Shown: piece by piece, positions 29,218 through 38,317 of the stretch
Layout: the number at the start of each line of letters is the position of its first letter
Numbering within the stretch: position 1 is the first letter of the stretch
Virus record (IMG/VR): IMGVR_UViG_3300048672_000900
Coordinates: 1 to 53,116 of that record
From: a virus
Lineage: Duplodnaviria; Caudoviricetes
Length of the DNA: 53,116 nt
Direction: 5' to 3' (one strand)
The notes under the pieces: generated by a model
Told to the model about the DNA's origin: nothing
Databases searched by the model: none
What the model saw: only the letters and a program-made list of their open reading frames with translations
Translations under genes and position numbers: made by a program

Positions 29218-29799
29218 GTGAAAGAACTCAATCCCGTTGCTGCTCTTCGCCGCCAGCAGCTCAGTGACCGCATCAAGTTGGATCAAGCTGAACTACAAGC
29301 ATCCCCTCCGATCGAGGTGCGGATCATGCCTGTAGATATCTTTACCCAGTTCTACGTGCCGTACTGGCGTGGGCAAGTGACTGACGAAAAGGAGTGTCAA
29401 AAACTCTTTGACATCTGGGTGCGCACTGCGGGCGGCCCCAACGGTGTGATCCACATCACAGATGCCAACGGTGTCGTACTGGGAATTTCTCCTCCTGCTG
29501 CACCAACAGCCATCTTCACTTTGGCTGAATCCAAAAAAGGACAGACTGTAGACGGCGTACTGACAGCCAGTCGCCACATGGGGCAGTTCAATCCAGACGC
29601 TGGTGAAATGCACTTGGTGGCCAAGATGGCGGGTTATGTCAAAGACATGACTGCTCAAACCCAAAACGCGTTGAAGCAACACGTCCAAGCGTGGCAAGAG
29701 TTCTTGAACATTTTTGATCCAAAAGGCAGTCAGTCAGCTGCCAAGACCAGTCAAGCTGCTGTCAAGAGCGGTATTGACGATGACCTCTTCGAGTTCTGA
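29218..29799 (+). CDS. Conserved hypothetical protein (phiKZ gp61/62 region)
   Basis: GAGGAG RBS with GTG start; W...AGGP motif; acidic C-terminus. Confidence 0.65.
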   Translation: MKELNPVAALRRQQLSDRIKLDQAELQASPPIEVRIMPVDIFTQFYVPYWRGQVTDEKECQKLFDIWVRTAGGPNGVIHITDANGVVLGISPPAAPTAIFTLAESKKGQTVDGVLTASRHMGQFNPDAGEMHLVAKMAGYVKDMTAQTQNALKQHVQAWQEFLNIFDPKGSQSAAKTSQAAVKSGIDDDLFEF

Positions 29800-30916
29800 A
29801 CTCTGCGTGGTGGAAGTCGGAGACGTCCACCTCGGCCACCGAAAAACATCGACGGCGCACATTTTAGCTAACTTGTTCCAGTATGTGTTTAACCCTTTGA
29901 TTTTGCAAGGGGTGCATCTGGTCGTTTTAGCAGGGGACGTCTTTGACAATCTTTTAAGTCTTCCTGACGATTGCGTCTCAGACATCCAAATGGCTGCAGC
30001 GCGTATTGTGCGCTTGTGCAAAGACATGAACATCGTGCTGTTGATCTTGGAAGGCACACCTCTACATGACCGACACCAAAGTGAAGTCTTTGTCCAGCAA
30101 AACGAACGACTGAAGGAAACAACGGGGGCAGGCTGCGAACTCTACTACGTTGATACGCTCAGCATCGTCCACCTCAACAGCTTACATCTCGATATTCTGT
30201 GTGTACCAGATGAATGTCGAAGTACGACTCAAGTTGCACAAGAAGACATTAAAGAGCTGATGCGCTCTAAAGGTTTGAGGCAAGTTGACTATGCTGTTAT
30301 GCATGGTTGTTTCAGGTACCAAGTGCCTCAGATTGCTAAAGACCACATCAAGTTTGACGAAGACTTCTTTTTGAGTATTGTCAAACACCTCATTTGGATT
30401 GGGCATATACACCAAGCCAGTCAATATGAACGTATCTTAGCCGCAGGCAGCTTTGATCGTTTATGTCATGGTGATGAAAACGTGAAAGGTGCTTTGAAGT
30501 GTCGTATTAAAGAAGACGGTACTTGGAGTGCTTACACACTAGAGAATAAAGGCGCTAAAGTTTACAAGTCGATTGTCTGTAACGAAGACTCGGTCGAAGA
30601 CGCCTTGATTCGCATTGAAAAACAAGTCAAGAAGTTAGTGCCCGGCTCTTACGTACAAATTGAAACCAGCGGCGCTAAGCCTATTTTACAGGCGCATGAT
30701 GCACTCAGTACGCGCTGGCCTGATTTGGTGTGGAGTTTTCTTAATCGGCAGACACCTAAGAAGTCGATTGAGGCCCTTCAAGAGTCGAAGAAATACGAAC
30801 CACTTATTATCAACCCGAGTACCATCCAAGAGCTGTGTATGAAGAGGATGTCGCAAGACAATATTCCTTCGCATATCCACGCTCGTGCTTTAGACCTATT
30901 ACAAACCGTCATGTAA
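29780..30916 (+). CDS. sbcD: SbcD/Mre11-like metallophosphoesterase nuclease (phiKZ gp65-like)
   Basis: GDVHLGH, AGDVFD, GTPLHD, MHG, GHIH, GSFDRL motifs. Confidence 0.9.
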   Translation: MTSSSSELCVVEVGDVHLGHRKTSTAHILANLFQYVFNPLILQGVHLVVLAGDVFDNLLSLPDDCVSDIQMAAARIVRLCKDMNIVLLILEGTPLHDRHQSEVFVQQNERLKETTGAGCELYYVDTLSIVHLNSLHLDILCVPDECRSTTQVAQEDIKELMRSKGLRQVDYAVMHGCFRYQVPQIAKDHIKFDEDFFLSIVKHLIWIGHIHQASQYERILAAGSFDRLCHGDENVKGALKCRIKEDGTWSAYTLENKGAKVYKSIVCNEDSVEDALIRIEKQVKKLVPGSYVQIETSGAKPILQAHDALSTRWPDLVWSFLNRQTPKKSIEALQESKKYEPLIINPSTIQELCMKRMSQDNIPSHIHARALDLLQTVM

Positions 30917-30923
30917 AAACCAC

Positions 30924-31784
30924 ATGGGTATTGCAGAACAAATCTTAGCTGAGCGCCCCATGAGCAGCTACCCCGTCTCTATTGGGACGTCTATGGCGCT
31001 GGAGAAATTTGGAAAAGGGTCGGGAGATTACTACGACCCCAACCACCAAATCAAAGAAGCTGACTTAGGACATTATCAAGAATTCTGGGTCAATCTACTG
31101 ACCATCTTTCGAAATGTCGTTAGTAGTATCAAAACAGAACACGTAGGTAGTTTGACCGCGTCAGCTATTGCTGACACCATGGCTGATGAACTCAACATCA
31201 TCGACGCCATGGTGTCCCAGCTCTCGCCTAAGACCACCATCTGTTACTACTCCAGCCAATATAGCGGCATGGAACGAGCGTTCCCTTACGCACTCTACAG
31301 ATCTGACACCACTGAACAACAACGTCATTACACGAAACTTGCTCAAGACTCTTTGACGGTCTTCTACAGCAAGTACAGAACGCTCAGGCGTCATCAACAT
31401 TTTAGTTTGATGATGAATCCTCAAAACAGAACCAAGGCGTTGATCTTAACTCATATGCCCATAGACTTGCTATGCTGGAAACAGTTTGCTAGTCTTGAGC
31501 TGTTAGAGAGTCATACTGGAGTGATTAAACCCAGGAGCCTGTGGTACACTAAGTACCTAGACGGAAAAGATAAATGTCAGCGTATTCCTTGGGATAGACG
31601 CATGCTCCAAATCTTTGGAGACCGCATGAGCTTTAAACCCATGGACATCAAAGTACGTAAGGAAATACTTGACGCTGCAGACGCTAATAAGTGGACGCAG
31701 GCCACAACGGAAGACAGATTGAGCCTTGGCTTGAGACTGATCAAAGATCCATACGTGGTCGCCATATTGAAAAAGATGGTGTAA
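30924..31784 (+). CDS. Conserved protein (phiKZ gp66-like)
   Basis: VSIGTSMALE, NLLTIFRN, LLESHTG..K....WYTK motifs; synteny. Confidence 0.6.
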   Translation: MGIAEQILAERPMSSYPVSIGTSMALEKFGKGSGDYYDPNHQIKEADLGHYQEFWVNLLTIFRNVVSSIKTEHVGSLTASAIADTMADELNIIDAMVSQLSPKTTICYYSSQYSGMERAFPYALYRSDTTEQQRHYTKLAQDSLTVFYSKYRTLRRHQHFSLMMNPQNRTKALILTHMPIDLLCWKQFASLELLESHTGVIKPRSLWYTKYLDGKDKCQRIPWDRRMLQIFGDRMSFKPMDIKVRKEILDAADANKWTQATTEDRLSLGLRLIKDPYVVAILKKMV

Positions 31785-31926
31785 TCCATCATATACCACC
31801 AGCTAGTAACTCGTCTTTACTGGTTTGGTTGCCCACACTCTTTGTAGGTGGGCAACCCATAAGGAATGTGACGCCCTGTTTTGAAAACCCAATCTTTTTC
31901 CACTCGTAAGCAGCAAAGCATCCATC

Positions 31927-32685
31927 ATGGCTGAAAAGAACCTCCTGCATGCAACGCAACTCAAGCTGAGTGCTCCGTGCCCGACGCAGAGCGGCCGAGG
32001 CAAGTACTCCAAGCTCCACGTCGACCAGTACAACGGCAACCCGCGCATCGTGGTGACCACCAACGATCCGCAAGATGCTGGTAACAGTTATGGTCGCATT
32101 GAAGCGGCCATGGATCTGAACACGTTCAACCTGATTTGCACCTACATCAATTCGATGTGTGCCTATCCCAACGATACCAAGATCAAGATCGACCTGCTGG
32201 GCCATCCCCGTGACAACGGGATGAAGTCGCCCGAACCCACCATCATGACGTCCGTGATTGTGGGTCGTGACGCAGAAGGTCGCATCTATATCACTGTCAA
32301 GGACGTCCTCAAGGAAGGACGTCCTGTCGTCAAGTTCATCTTTGGCCCGACCAACTCTCGCTATGTTAAAATCGTCAAACCTGGTGGTGAACCGAATCTT
32401 GAATCTGAAATCAGCCAACGTGCTGCGCAAGTATGGGTGGCTACGGCTCAACAAATCCTGCCCAGCATCTGCATCACCAACTACGTGCATCCTCAACCCC
32501 CGAATGGTGGCGGTAATCGCTCAGGTGGTTATGGCGGCGGCGGGCGCGGTGGCTTTGGTGGCGGAGGCGGCGGCCGAGGAAACGGTGGCGGGGGTGGCTA
32601 CGGCGGTGGTGGCCCTCGCTCTGGTGATTCTGATCAAGGCGCTGGATCGTCAGGATCTGGCAGCACAGAAGACCTGCCTTTCTGA
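31927..32685 (+). CDS. chmC: ChmC-like nucleic-acid-binding protein (phiKZ gp67-like) with RGG tail
   Basis: Position two ORFs before the gp68-like subunit; LSAP..NPRI.V.T motif; Gly/Arg-rich tail ending EDLPF. Confidence 0.6.
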   Translation: MAEKNLLHATQLKLSAPCPTQSGRGKYSKLHVDQYNGNPRIVVTTNDPQDAGNSYGRIEAAMDLNTFNLICTYINSMCAYPNDTKIKIDLLGHPRDNGMKSPEPTIMTSVIVGRDAEGRIYITVKDVLKEGRPVVKFIFGPTNSRYVKIVKPGGEPNLESEISQRAAQVWVATAQQILPSICITNYVHPQPPNGGGNRSGGYGGGGRGGFGGGGGGRGNGGGGGYGGGGPRSGDSDQGAGSSGSGSTEDLPF

Positions 32686-32709
32686 GCCTGAGCAGAAGTA
32701 ACGTTACAA

Positions 32710-32750
32710 CGGCATAAAGTGCGGGAGGTGTTCGACCTCCCGCATATGCC
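32710..32750 (+). terminator. GGCATA...TATGCC-closed hairpin
   Basis: ggcataaagtgcgggaggt-gttcg-acctcccgcatatgcc. Confidence 0.65.
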
Positions 32751-32773
32751 CACTTGTTTTTAAGGAATCCATC

Positions 32774-32980
32774 ATGCCCTCTTTTGCACTACTCTTTGCT
32801 TTCCTCATCGTGCTCATCGTGGCGGCTCGGTTCTTGGCTTTTGCCATACTGCTGCTGGGTATTATGTTCATTGCTGTCATTGTCTTTTTCAGCAGCGCGC
32901 TGATCATGGCAACAGGAGATTATCTTAAGTATTTGGTCGCCCGGATCATCAGTGAACTTAAGCGTTGTCATGAAAAATAA
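32774..32980 (+). CDS. Small hydrophobic membrane protein
   Basis: 68 aa, AAGGA RBS, long hydrophobic stretch (about two TM helices) and basic tail. Confidence 0.6.
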   Translation: MPSFALLFAFLIVLIVAARFLAFAILLLGIMFIAVIVFFSSALIMATGDYLKYLVARIISELKRCHEK

Positions 32981-33090
32981 GATTCGAGGTCATTGTGAAC
33001 CCATATTACCTCTTTGACCCACGGTGTATAAATATTCATAAAAACCATACACTATAACAATATGCATATTGCACTAAAGGAGTAGGTAGC

Positions 33091-34659
33091 GTGCATTTAA
33101 CGATTGGTGACGACCCGAGAGCAGGTGCCATTTGGATTCATCATCCAGGCGTAGAGAGTATCCCATTCATGGGTTCTCTCATCGACCGCTCTCGACCCAA
33201 CCCTGATGACCAGCCCCCGGATGTGTTTTTGCACATCAACGAGTGGTTGGCCAAACAAAGCCCTACGGTCCAACTTGAAATTTTCAATGTACTAGCTCGT
33301 GTCAAAAGTGCATTGGAGTATATCTACAATGTAGAAGAATGTACACGTGCTGTGCGTGTGCTCGTAGGAGCACTCTACGACATCGTCGACTTTGAAAGCA
33401 TCAAACGCTACGTTGCTTTCTCTCCTGAAATCAATATCCCTTCCACCATTGTGGAGGAGTACAACCGTCAAAATCAAGTCTCAGGTACCGAAGGCCAAAC
33501 CTATGACCGGCGACAATATGTCGATCTGATCAGCTTAAGTGTTGCCCTACGACTGGTTTATCCCGTCTTTGTAGGTTTTATCTCTGCTCATGCCCGTACA
33601 CTGGGCATTGAATATAAAGAGTATCAAGCTTTAAGCCTACTACAAGAAAGCAAACTCCATACTCACCCCGCCATGCTTAAGCTGCGAGTGTATGTGGAGA
33701 CGTCTTTAGCGCGTGGTAACCCTAAACACGAAGCAGGTATCTCTATCCTGGGTTGTGGTACAGGGGATTTTCCTGAAATGGGCTTGGCTGCAATTGTGGT
33801 CAAAAAACTTTGCTGTTGCGACATACGCGGCATCACGCCTCGGTCGACACCTGTTAGCACCATGTGGCAAATCATCAGAGCGTTGCAAGAGCAACGCAAT
33901 ACGCCGCCAGGTAGCCGCATCATCCCTAAGGGTGGTAACGAAAACGGTGGTGATGATGACAGCTCAACGCTGGAAGGTGTAAAGGTACGCACGTCTTTGA
34001 GCGTCATGGAGCAAGCTGCCATTCACGTGCAGTGTGAGTATTGGAAGCTGCTCAGGAATAAACTCAATCCCGAACTTACCGACGACAATATAGAGATGCT
34101 GTACAACAACATCTACCATGGGTTCATGACGCAAAACGTGATTGTGCAACGTGGGCAGATTGCTTTATTGGCTTGGGTACTGGCTCCTGTCTTATCCCCT
34201 CAAGCGCTTCAACATGTTGACAAAAACGAAATGCTGCGTTTGATGGCGATAGGTACCGCACACCTCTGGTATTTAGGGTATAAGCACCTGGCAGCTTTGC
34301 TCAGTGCAACTCGTATCGATAGCGATGACGCCAATTACGCCGTCGGTTTTGGAAGTCGTACTCGTGTGGCTGACGATAAAGTCGCTGCACTTGAAACGCT
34401 TTACGCTCACATCAAACCTCGTGACCGAGCAGACCTGAAAGGTAAACGACAAAACCCTGCGCTCACCAGCGTCGTGTCGTTGTCGGTGCTGTTCTCATCT
34501 GTTCAATGGTCATTTACTTTGCCGCCAGAGATGGTGGCCCAACTCACAGGAGCTGCAAACACCAAGTACTTTACCGCTGCGCCTGATCTGCCAAATCAAT
34601 TGGCACAATTCGTCATTGATTTCAATGCGTCTTATAACACCATCGCCTATCGGCGTTGA
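33091..34659 (+). CDS. Non-virion RNAP promoter-specificity (sigma-like) subunit (phiKZ gp68-like)
   Basis: 522 aa, AAGGAG RBS; TY....Y..L..LS.ALR motif; conserved position before the gp69-like gene. Confidence 0.65.
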   Translation: MHLTIGDDPRAGAIWIHHPGVESIPFMGSLIDRSRPNPDDQPPDVFLHINEWLAKQSPTVQLEIFNVLARVKSALEYIYNVEECTRAVRVLVGALYDIVDFESIKRYVAFSPEINIPSTIVEEYNRQNQVSGTEGQTYDRRQYVDLISLSVALRLVYPVFVGFISAHARTLGIEYKEYQALSLLQESKLHTHPAMLKLRVYVETSLARGNPKHEAGISILGCGTGDFPEMGLAAIVVKKLCCCDIRGITPRSTPVSTMWQIIRALQEQRNTPPGSRIIPKGGNENGGDDDSSTLEGVKVRTSLSVMEQAAIHVQCEYWKLLRNKLNPELTDDNIEMLYNNIYHGFMTQNVIVQRGQIALLAWVLAPVLSPQALQHVDKNEMLRLMAIGTAHLWYLGYKHLAALLSATRIDSDDANYAVGFGSRTRVADDKVAALETLYAHIKPRDRADLKGKRQNPALTSVVSLSVLFSSVQWSFTLPPEMVAQLTGAANTKYFTAAPDLPNQLAQFVIDFNASYNTIAYRR

Positions 34660-34709
34660 GCGTGTCTGCTTTCGTTTTTCTTACCGACCCCCACTCAAGG
34701 AAAAAACAC

Positions 34710-36149
34710 ATGTCTTTTCAACACCAAACCATGCCGAACATGAACATGTACACTGCCAAGCTCCAAGTGCTCAGCGTGCTGTTCGCAGAGGAAGCGCCGA
34801 TTGGCAATATGGTCATGCTGCCCCACATGTCGTGCCTGGATACGAGCATCCTGAAAAACGTGGAGTACGCCGTAGACCGTAGCGGTGGCGTACTTTCAGC
34901 CAGTGGGCTAGCACCTGTGGCTGGCCAAGCGCTTCGGCCCAACATGGGTCTGGGTGTGGTGGCTCCAATTGCCAATGGCTGGAGCACGCGGCGTTTTCGT
35001 GCTACGATCCATGTGCGTGTCATCAGTGCCATGGGCTTGAACATGGAGTACTTGCTCACCGGCTACAGCGAATACGCTGATGCATCCATGAGCGGCCTGG
35101 TCGACCCTGACATGATGATTCACATCAACAGCTACCATGCAACACCTTGTTCACAAGTGCCCAACCCGCTGCCGCTGAGCGTCAACGACCTCAAGGTGGG
35201 GCGTGAGGTATTGGTGACAACTCAGAACCACATGGGTCTGTTCATGCAGCGCCCGCAAGATGCGCTGTACGCAGGCCCTGGTAGCTTCCTCTCCAACCTG
35301 TCAGGTGGCATGTTCAACAACACCATTTCTCAGAGTAGTCTGAGCAGTGCCGCTCAACTCGCTGGCATGAGTCAGTCGGCCGGTGTGCGTTGGCTCTACG
35401 ACTTCTTGAAGGGCGTGACGCAGCAGACCATCGGCAACGAGGATGAACGAATCGCCGAGATTGGTGCTCGCATGTCGATCGAAGGCATCGGCACTGACAC
35501 GTTCTTCACGACTATGGCACGCGTGACGGGCAATCCGGCACTGCAAGCGCAAGCACTGGTCTCTGTCAACGATCTGAGCCAGCTTGATCCGAACACACCC
35601 AACGTGGTTCGTTTGGTACCCTACACGCCGGACGTGAAGATGGGTGCTCTGGTCACGGGCGATACGCGTCCTCTGGCACAGATCGCTACCATGTACGCTC
35701 AAGGCGTGCTGGGTTACATGGCGACTTATGGTCTACAAGTCGTGAGCTTTGTGCAGTTCCACAACAGCAGCGACCCCACTGAAGCCAATGGCCCTGTCAC
35801 TATTACCAACTACAACAGCTACCTGGGCGCGCGCGATATGCGCCAAGTGGTCAATGCGTTCCGTCACGCTATCCAGTTTGAGCTGTATCCGTCGGCCAGC
35901 TTCGCGGGTACGTATCCGTTCAACGTGCAAGTTCAAGCTGAAAGTTATGGCTATGTCCACATCAACATCAGTGACATGATGGGCAATCAGGAGCAATACA
36001 GCTTCCCGGCATTTGCCAGTCAGACGTTCAGTCCTCTGGTGACCAACAACATGGCAGACTTTACCAAGCTGGCCACCGACATGAAGATCATCTCGGACGC
36101 CGTGGCGGCCATCGAAACGCCTCAGCCTGCCTACAATCCATACGCTTAA
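34710..36149 (+). CDS. picA: PicA/Imp1-like phage nucleus protein-import factor (phiKZ gp69-like)
   Basis: IANGWSTRRFR, LTGYSEY, G.VDPDM..HINS, QRPQD and P.F.S...SP motifs; synteny after gp68-like; AAGGA RBS before ATG 34710. Confidence 0.7.
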   Translation: MSFQHQTMPNMNMYTAKLQVLSVLFAEEAPIGNMVMLPHMSCLDTSILKNVEYAVDRSGGVLSASGLAPVAGQALRPNMGLGVVAPIANGWSTRRFRATIHVRVISAMGLNMEYLLTGYSEYADASMSGLVDPDMMIHINSYHATPCSQVPNPLPLSVNDLKVGREVLVTTQNHMGLFMQRPQDALYAGPGSFLSNLSGGMFNNTISQSSLSSAAQLAGMSQSAGVRWLYDFLKGVTQQTIGNEDERIAEIGARMSIEGIGTDTFFTTMARVTGNPALQAQALVSVNDLSQLDPNTPNVVRLVPYTPDVKMGALVTGDTRPLAQIATMYAQGVLGYMATYGLQVVSFVQFHNSSDPTEANGPVTITNYNSYLGARDMRQVVNAFRHAIQFELYPSASFAGTYPFNVQVQAESYGYVHINISDMMGNQEQYSFPAFASQTFSPLVTNNMADFTKLATDMKIISDAVAAIETPQPAYNPYA

Positions 36150-36236
36150 ACTCGTATATCCTCTAGTTGGGATGCCTTGAGTATAACTCAATACTCAAGG
36201 TGTCCTTTTCTTTGTTTTCAAGAAAGCACTTTTCAC

Positions 36237-37793
36237 ATGGCAAATCTTCGAGAGTTCTATCAAAACAGCCTGCGTCTGGCCATGATCGGTCTGGGCAACG
36301 GCGATCAGCTGGTGACCGACTTCGGTGACAACGCGGCTGAGCCTATCCTTGTGGAAGGCAAGAAGGTTTACCTGAGCGGTGCTAACCGCAAGTGTGAACC
36401 GGGCCAAGTGCTCTTCCATCCGATGGTGGAAGCGGTACACGGCAGTGAAAGTCGCCTGTTCACCCGCATTCGCCGGTTCTACGAATCGGCTGCGTGCATG
36501 CGTCTACAAATCCTGGTGACCAGCCTGATCAACTTCTCGGTCAATACGGATGACCACCCGAAGTCCAATGCAGCTCAACGTGAGATTCTCACGCAGCTCA
36601 ACGGCTTCGAGACGGATCTGGGCAAGACCTGGACGGATCTAATCACCAAGTCCACTCGCAGCTCGACGCTGCGCTTGCTGACCAGCTACAGCCGCAACGC
36701 TGAAAACGTTGGAGGTCAACGCTGGAACCGCTGCAACATCGTGAGCTTTCCGATCTACGAAAAGCTCAAAGGTCTGGTGGCTGGTACAGAAAAGAGTTTT
36801 CAAGGGATCTCTAAGGGGCGTGCCAAGCAGCTCATCCAAGTGATCGAGTACGTGCTGCCCAACATCACGCTTCAATCACCTGCTGAAAACCAAGGCTACA
36901 GCCGCGGCAGCTCGGACTCCTTTGGTCCGCGCTGGAACGCCATGCTGCGCTCCTTCCTGGCAATTCAAGCCGACATCAACCGTGTGGCTCAAGATCTGGA
37001 CAACTTCTGCTACGAGAAAGAGCAGCTGGTGGTCGACATTGATTTTGCTCAAGCCCTGGGCAATACAGTGGCATTTCAATCCGAGATCCGTGCTTATACA
37101 CCTGAAGCGCCGGATGGCTACGTGGAGCCTGCTCAAGCTCCGGCTGCTGCGCCTGTCGCAGCGCCGGTTGTGCGTGCAGCGCCTGCGGCTGCACAGCCCA
37201 CTCAACGACCTGCAGCACCTGTCTATCAAGCGCCTACCCTGCAAGCTCCTGCGGCTCCTACCAACCACCGCCCGCCGCCGGTGCGCACAGTACCTCAACC
37301 GCAAATGATCCAGCAACAACCTCAGATGGTACCTATGAACGTGGGCGGTACCATGATGATGGTGCCGGCTCAAGTGCAGCAGCCTGTACAGCAATTCCAA
37401 CCGATGCAGCAAGCACAGCAACCGCAATACCCGCTGGTAAATGTGAGTGGTACGTGGTGCTATCAAACACCCAACGGCTACGTTGTGGCCAATCAAGGAC
37501 AACAACCTGTACAGCAATTCCAACAATTCCAACAAGCGCCCGCATCCCCTAGCCTCTTTGGCAACCAAATGCAGCAGTTCCAGCAAGTACAACAACCTGC
37601 TTACAATCCGCTAGGCGGCATGTCTGCAGCCGATGCTGGTACCATGGTGGCCAATGGTCAAATGCAAGCTGTCCAGCAGCAACTGATGCGGCCGGCGCAG
37701 GCCATGGGTTTTCAACAACCTGTGATGAACAACGGCTACAACATGAACATGCCTGCAGGCTTTACGCCTTTGCAGTCCGGCATGCTGCCGTAA
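36237..37793 (+). CDS. Conserved protein (phiKZ gp70-like) with P/A/Q-rich low-complexity C-terminus
   Basis: LFHPMVE motif, globular N-terminal ~300 aa then PA-rich and QQF/QQP repeats; synteny. Confidence 0.65.
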   Translation: MANLREFYQNSLRLAMIGLGNGDQLVTDFGDNAAEPILVEGKKVYLSGANRKCEPGQVLFHPMVEAVHGSESRLFTRIRRFYESAACMRLQILVTSLINFSVNTDDHPKSNAAQREILTQLNGFETDLGKTWTDLITKSTRSSTLRLLTSYSRNAENVGGQRWNRCNIVSFPIYEKLKGLVAGTEKSFQGISKGRAKQLIQVIEYVLPNITLQSPAENQGYSRGSSDSFGPRWNAMLRSFLAIQADINRVAQDLDNFCYEKEQLVVDIDFAQALGNTVAFQSEIRAYTPEAPDGYVEPAQAPAAAPVAAPVVRAAPAAAQPTQRPAAPVYQAPTLQAPAAPTNHRPPPVRTVPQPQMIQQQPQMVPMNVGGTMMMVPAQVQQPVQQFQPMQQAQQPQYPLVNVSGTWCYQTPNGYVVANQGQQPVQQFQQFQQAPASPSLFGNQMQQFQQVQQPAYNPLGGMSAADAGTMVANGQMQAVQQQLMRPAQAMGFQQPVMNNGYNMNMPAGFTPLQSGMLP

Positions 37794-37866
37794 GTAAAAG
37801 GGCGGCATAAAAAAAGAGTAAAGAGCCTACTACCTTCATAAAGGTTTAAGTAGACTCTTTTTCTTT

Positions 37867-38205
37867 TTACCGAGACAGGCTCACTGTCGTGTTGTACTGT
37901 ACACGCAGCTTATCCAGATCAACATCACTGGGGATGAGTAGTGTGGTATGTTGAGGGCCAAACTCATCTGGATTAGACATGTCGTTAAGACGCATGATAA
38001 ACCAATGCAACTCTTTAGGCGTGTTGGTGGTATTGAGATAATCAAAAAGCATGCCTTTGTAAACCGTTGATTTATATAGCTCTACTGAGGCGACTTGAGT
38101 CGAAGCGCTGTTCTTGAAGAAACCGAGGCTAGCCTCAAAAACGTCTCGGAAATCTTCGTTGCTCCAGATGCTAGGAGCAAGCTTAGAGCTGTCTGACAGT
38201 GACAT
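37867..38205 (-). CDS. Small protein resembling LysM/tail-X (baseplate wedge-like) fold
   Basis: 112 aa, AAAGGTG RBS; HWFIMRLN...P.EF......LLIP pattern. Confidence 0.55.
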   Translation of the reverse strand: MSLSDSSKLAPSIWSNEDFRDVFEASLGFFKNSASTQVASVELYKSTVYKGMLFDYLNTTNTPKELHWFIMRLNDMSNPDEFGPQHTTLLIPSDVDLDKLRVQYNTTVSLSR

Positions 38206-38241
38206 GAAAACACCTTTCTTTAATGAAAAAGTTTGAAGACC

Positions 38242-38249
38242 TATATTAC
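38242..38249 (+). promoter_or_regulatory. phiKZ-type early promoter motif TATATTAC
   Basis: Exact match to the phiKZ early (virion RNAP) promoter consensus in an AT-rich gap upstream of nvRNAP beta. Confidence 0.6.
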
Positions 38250-38317
38250 GTCCTTGAGCCCACAGCTCAAAAGAGTAAGTTCACTCAATGCTTAACCAAC
38301 CACAGGAGTAAAGCGTT

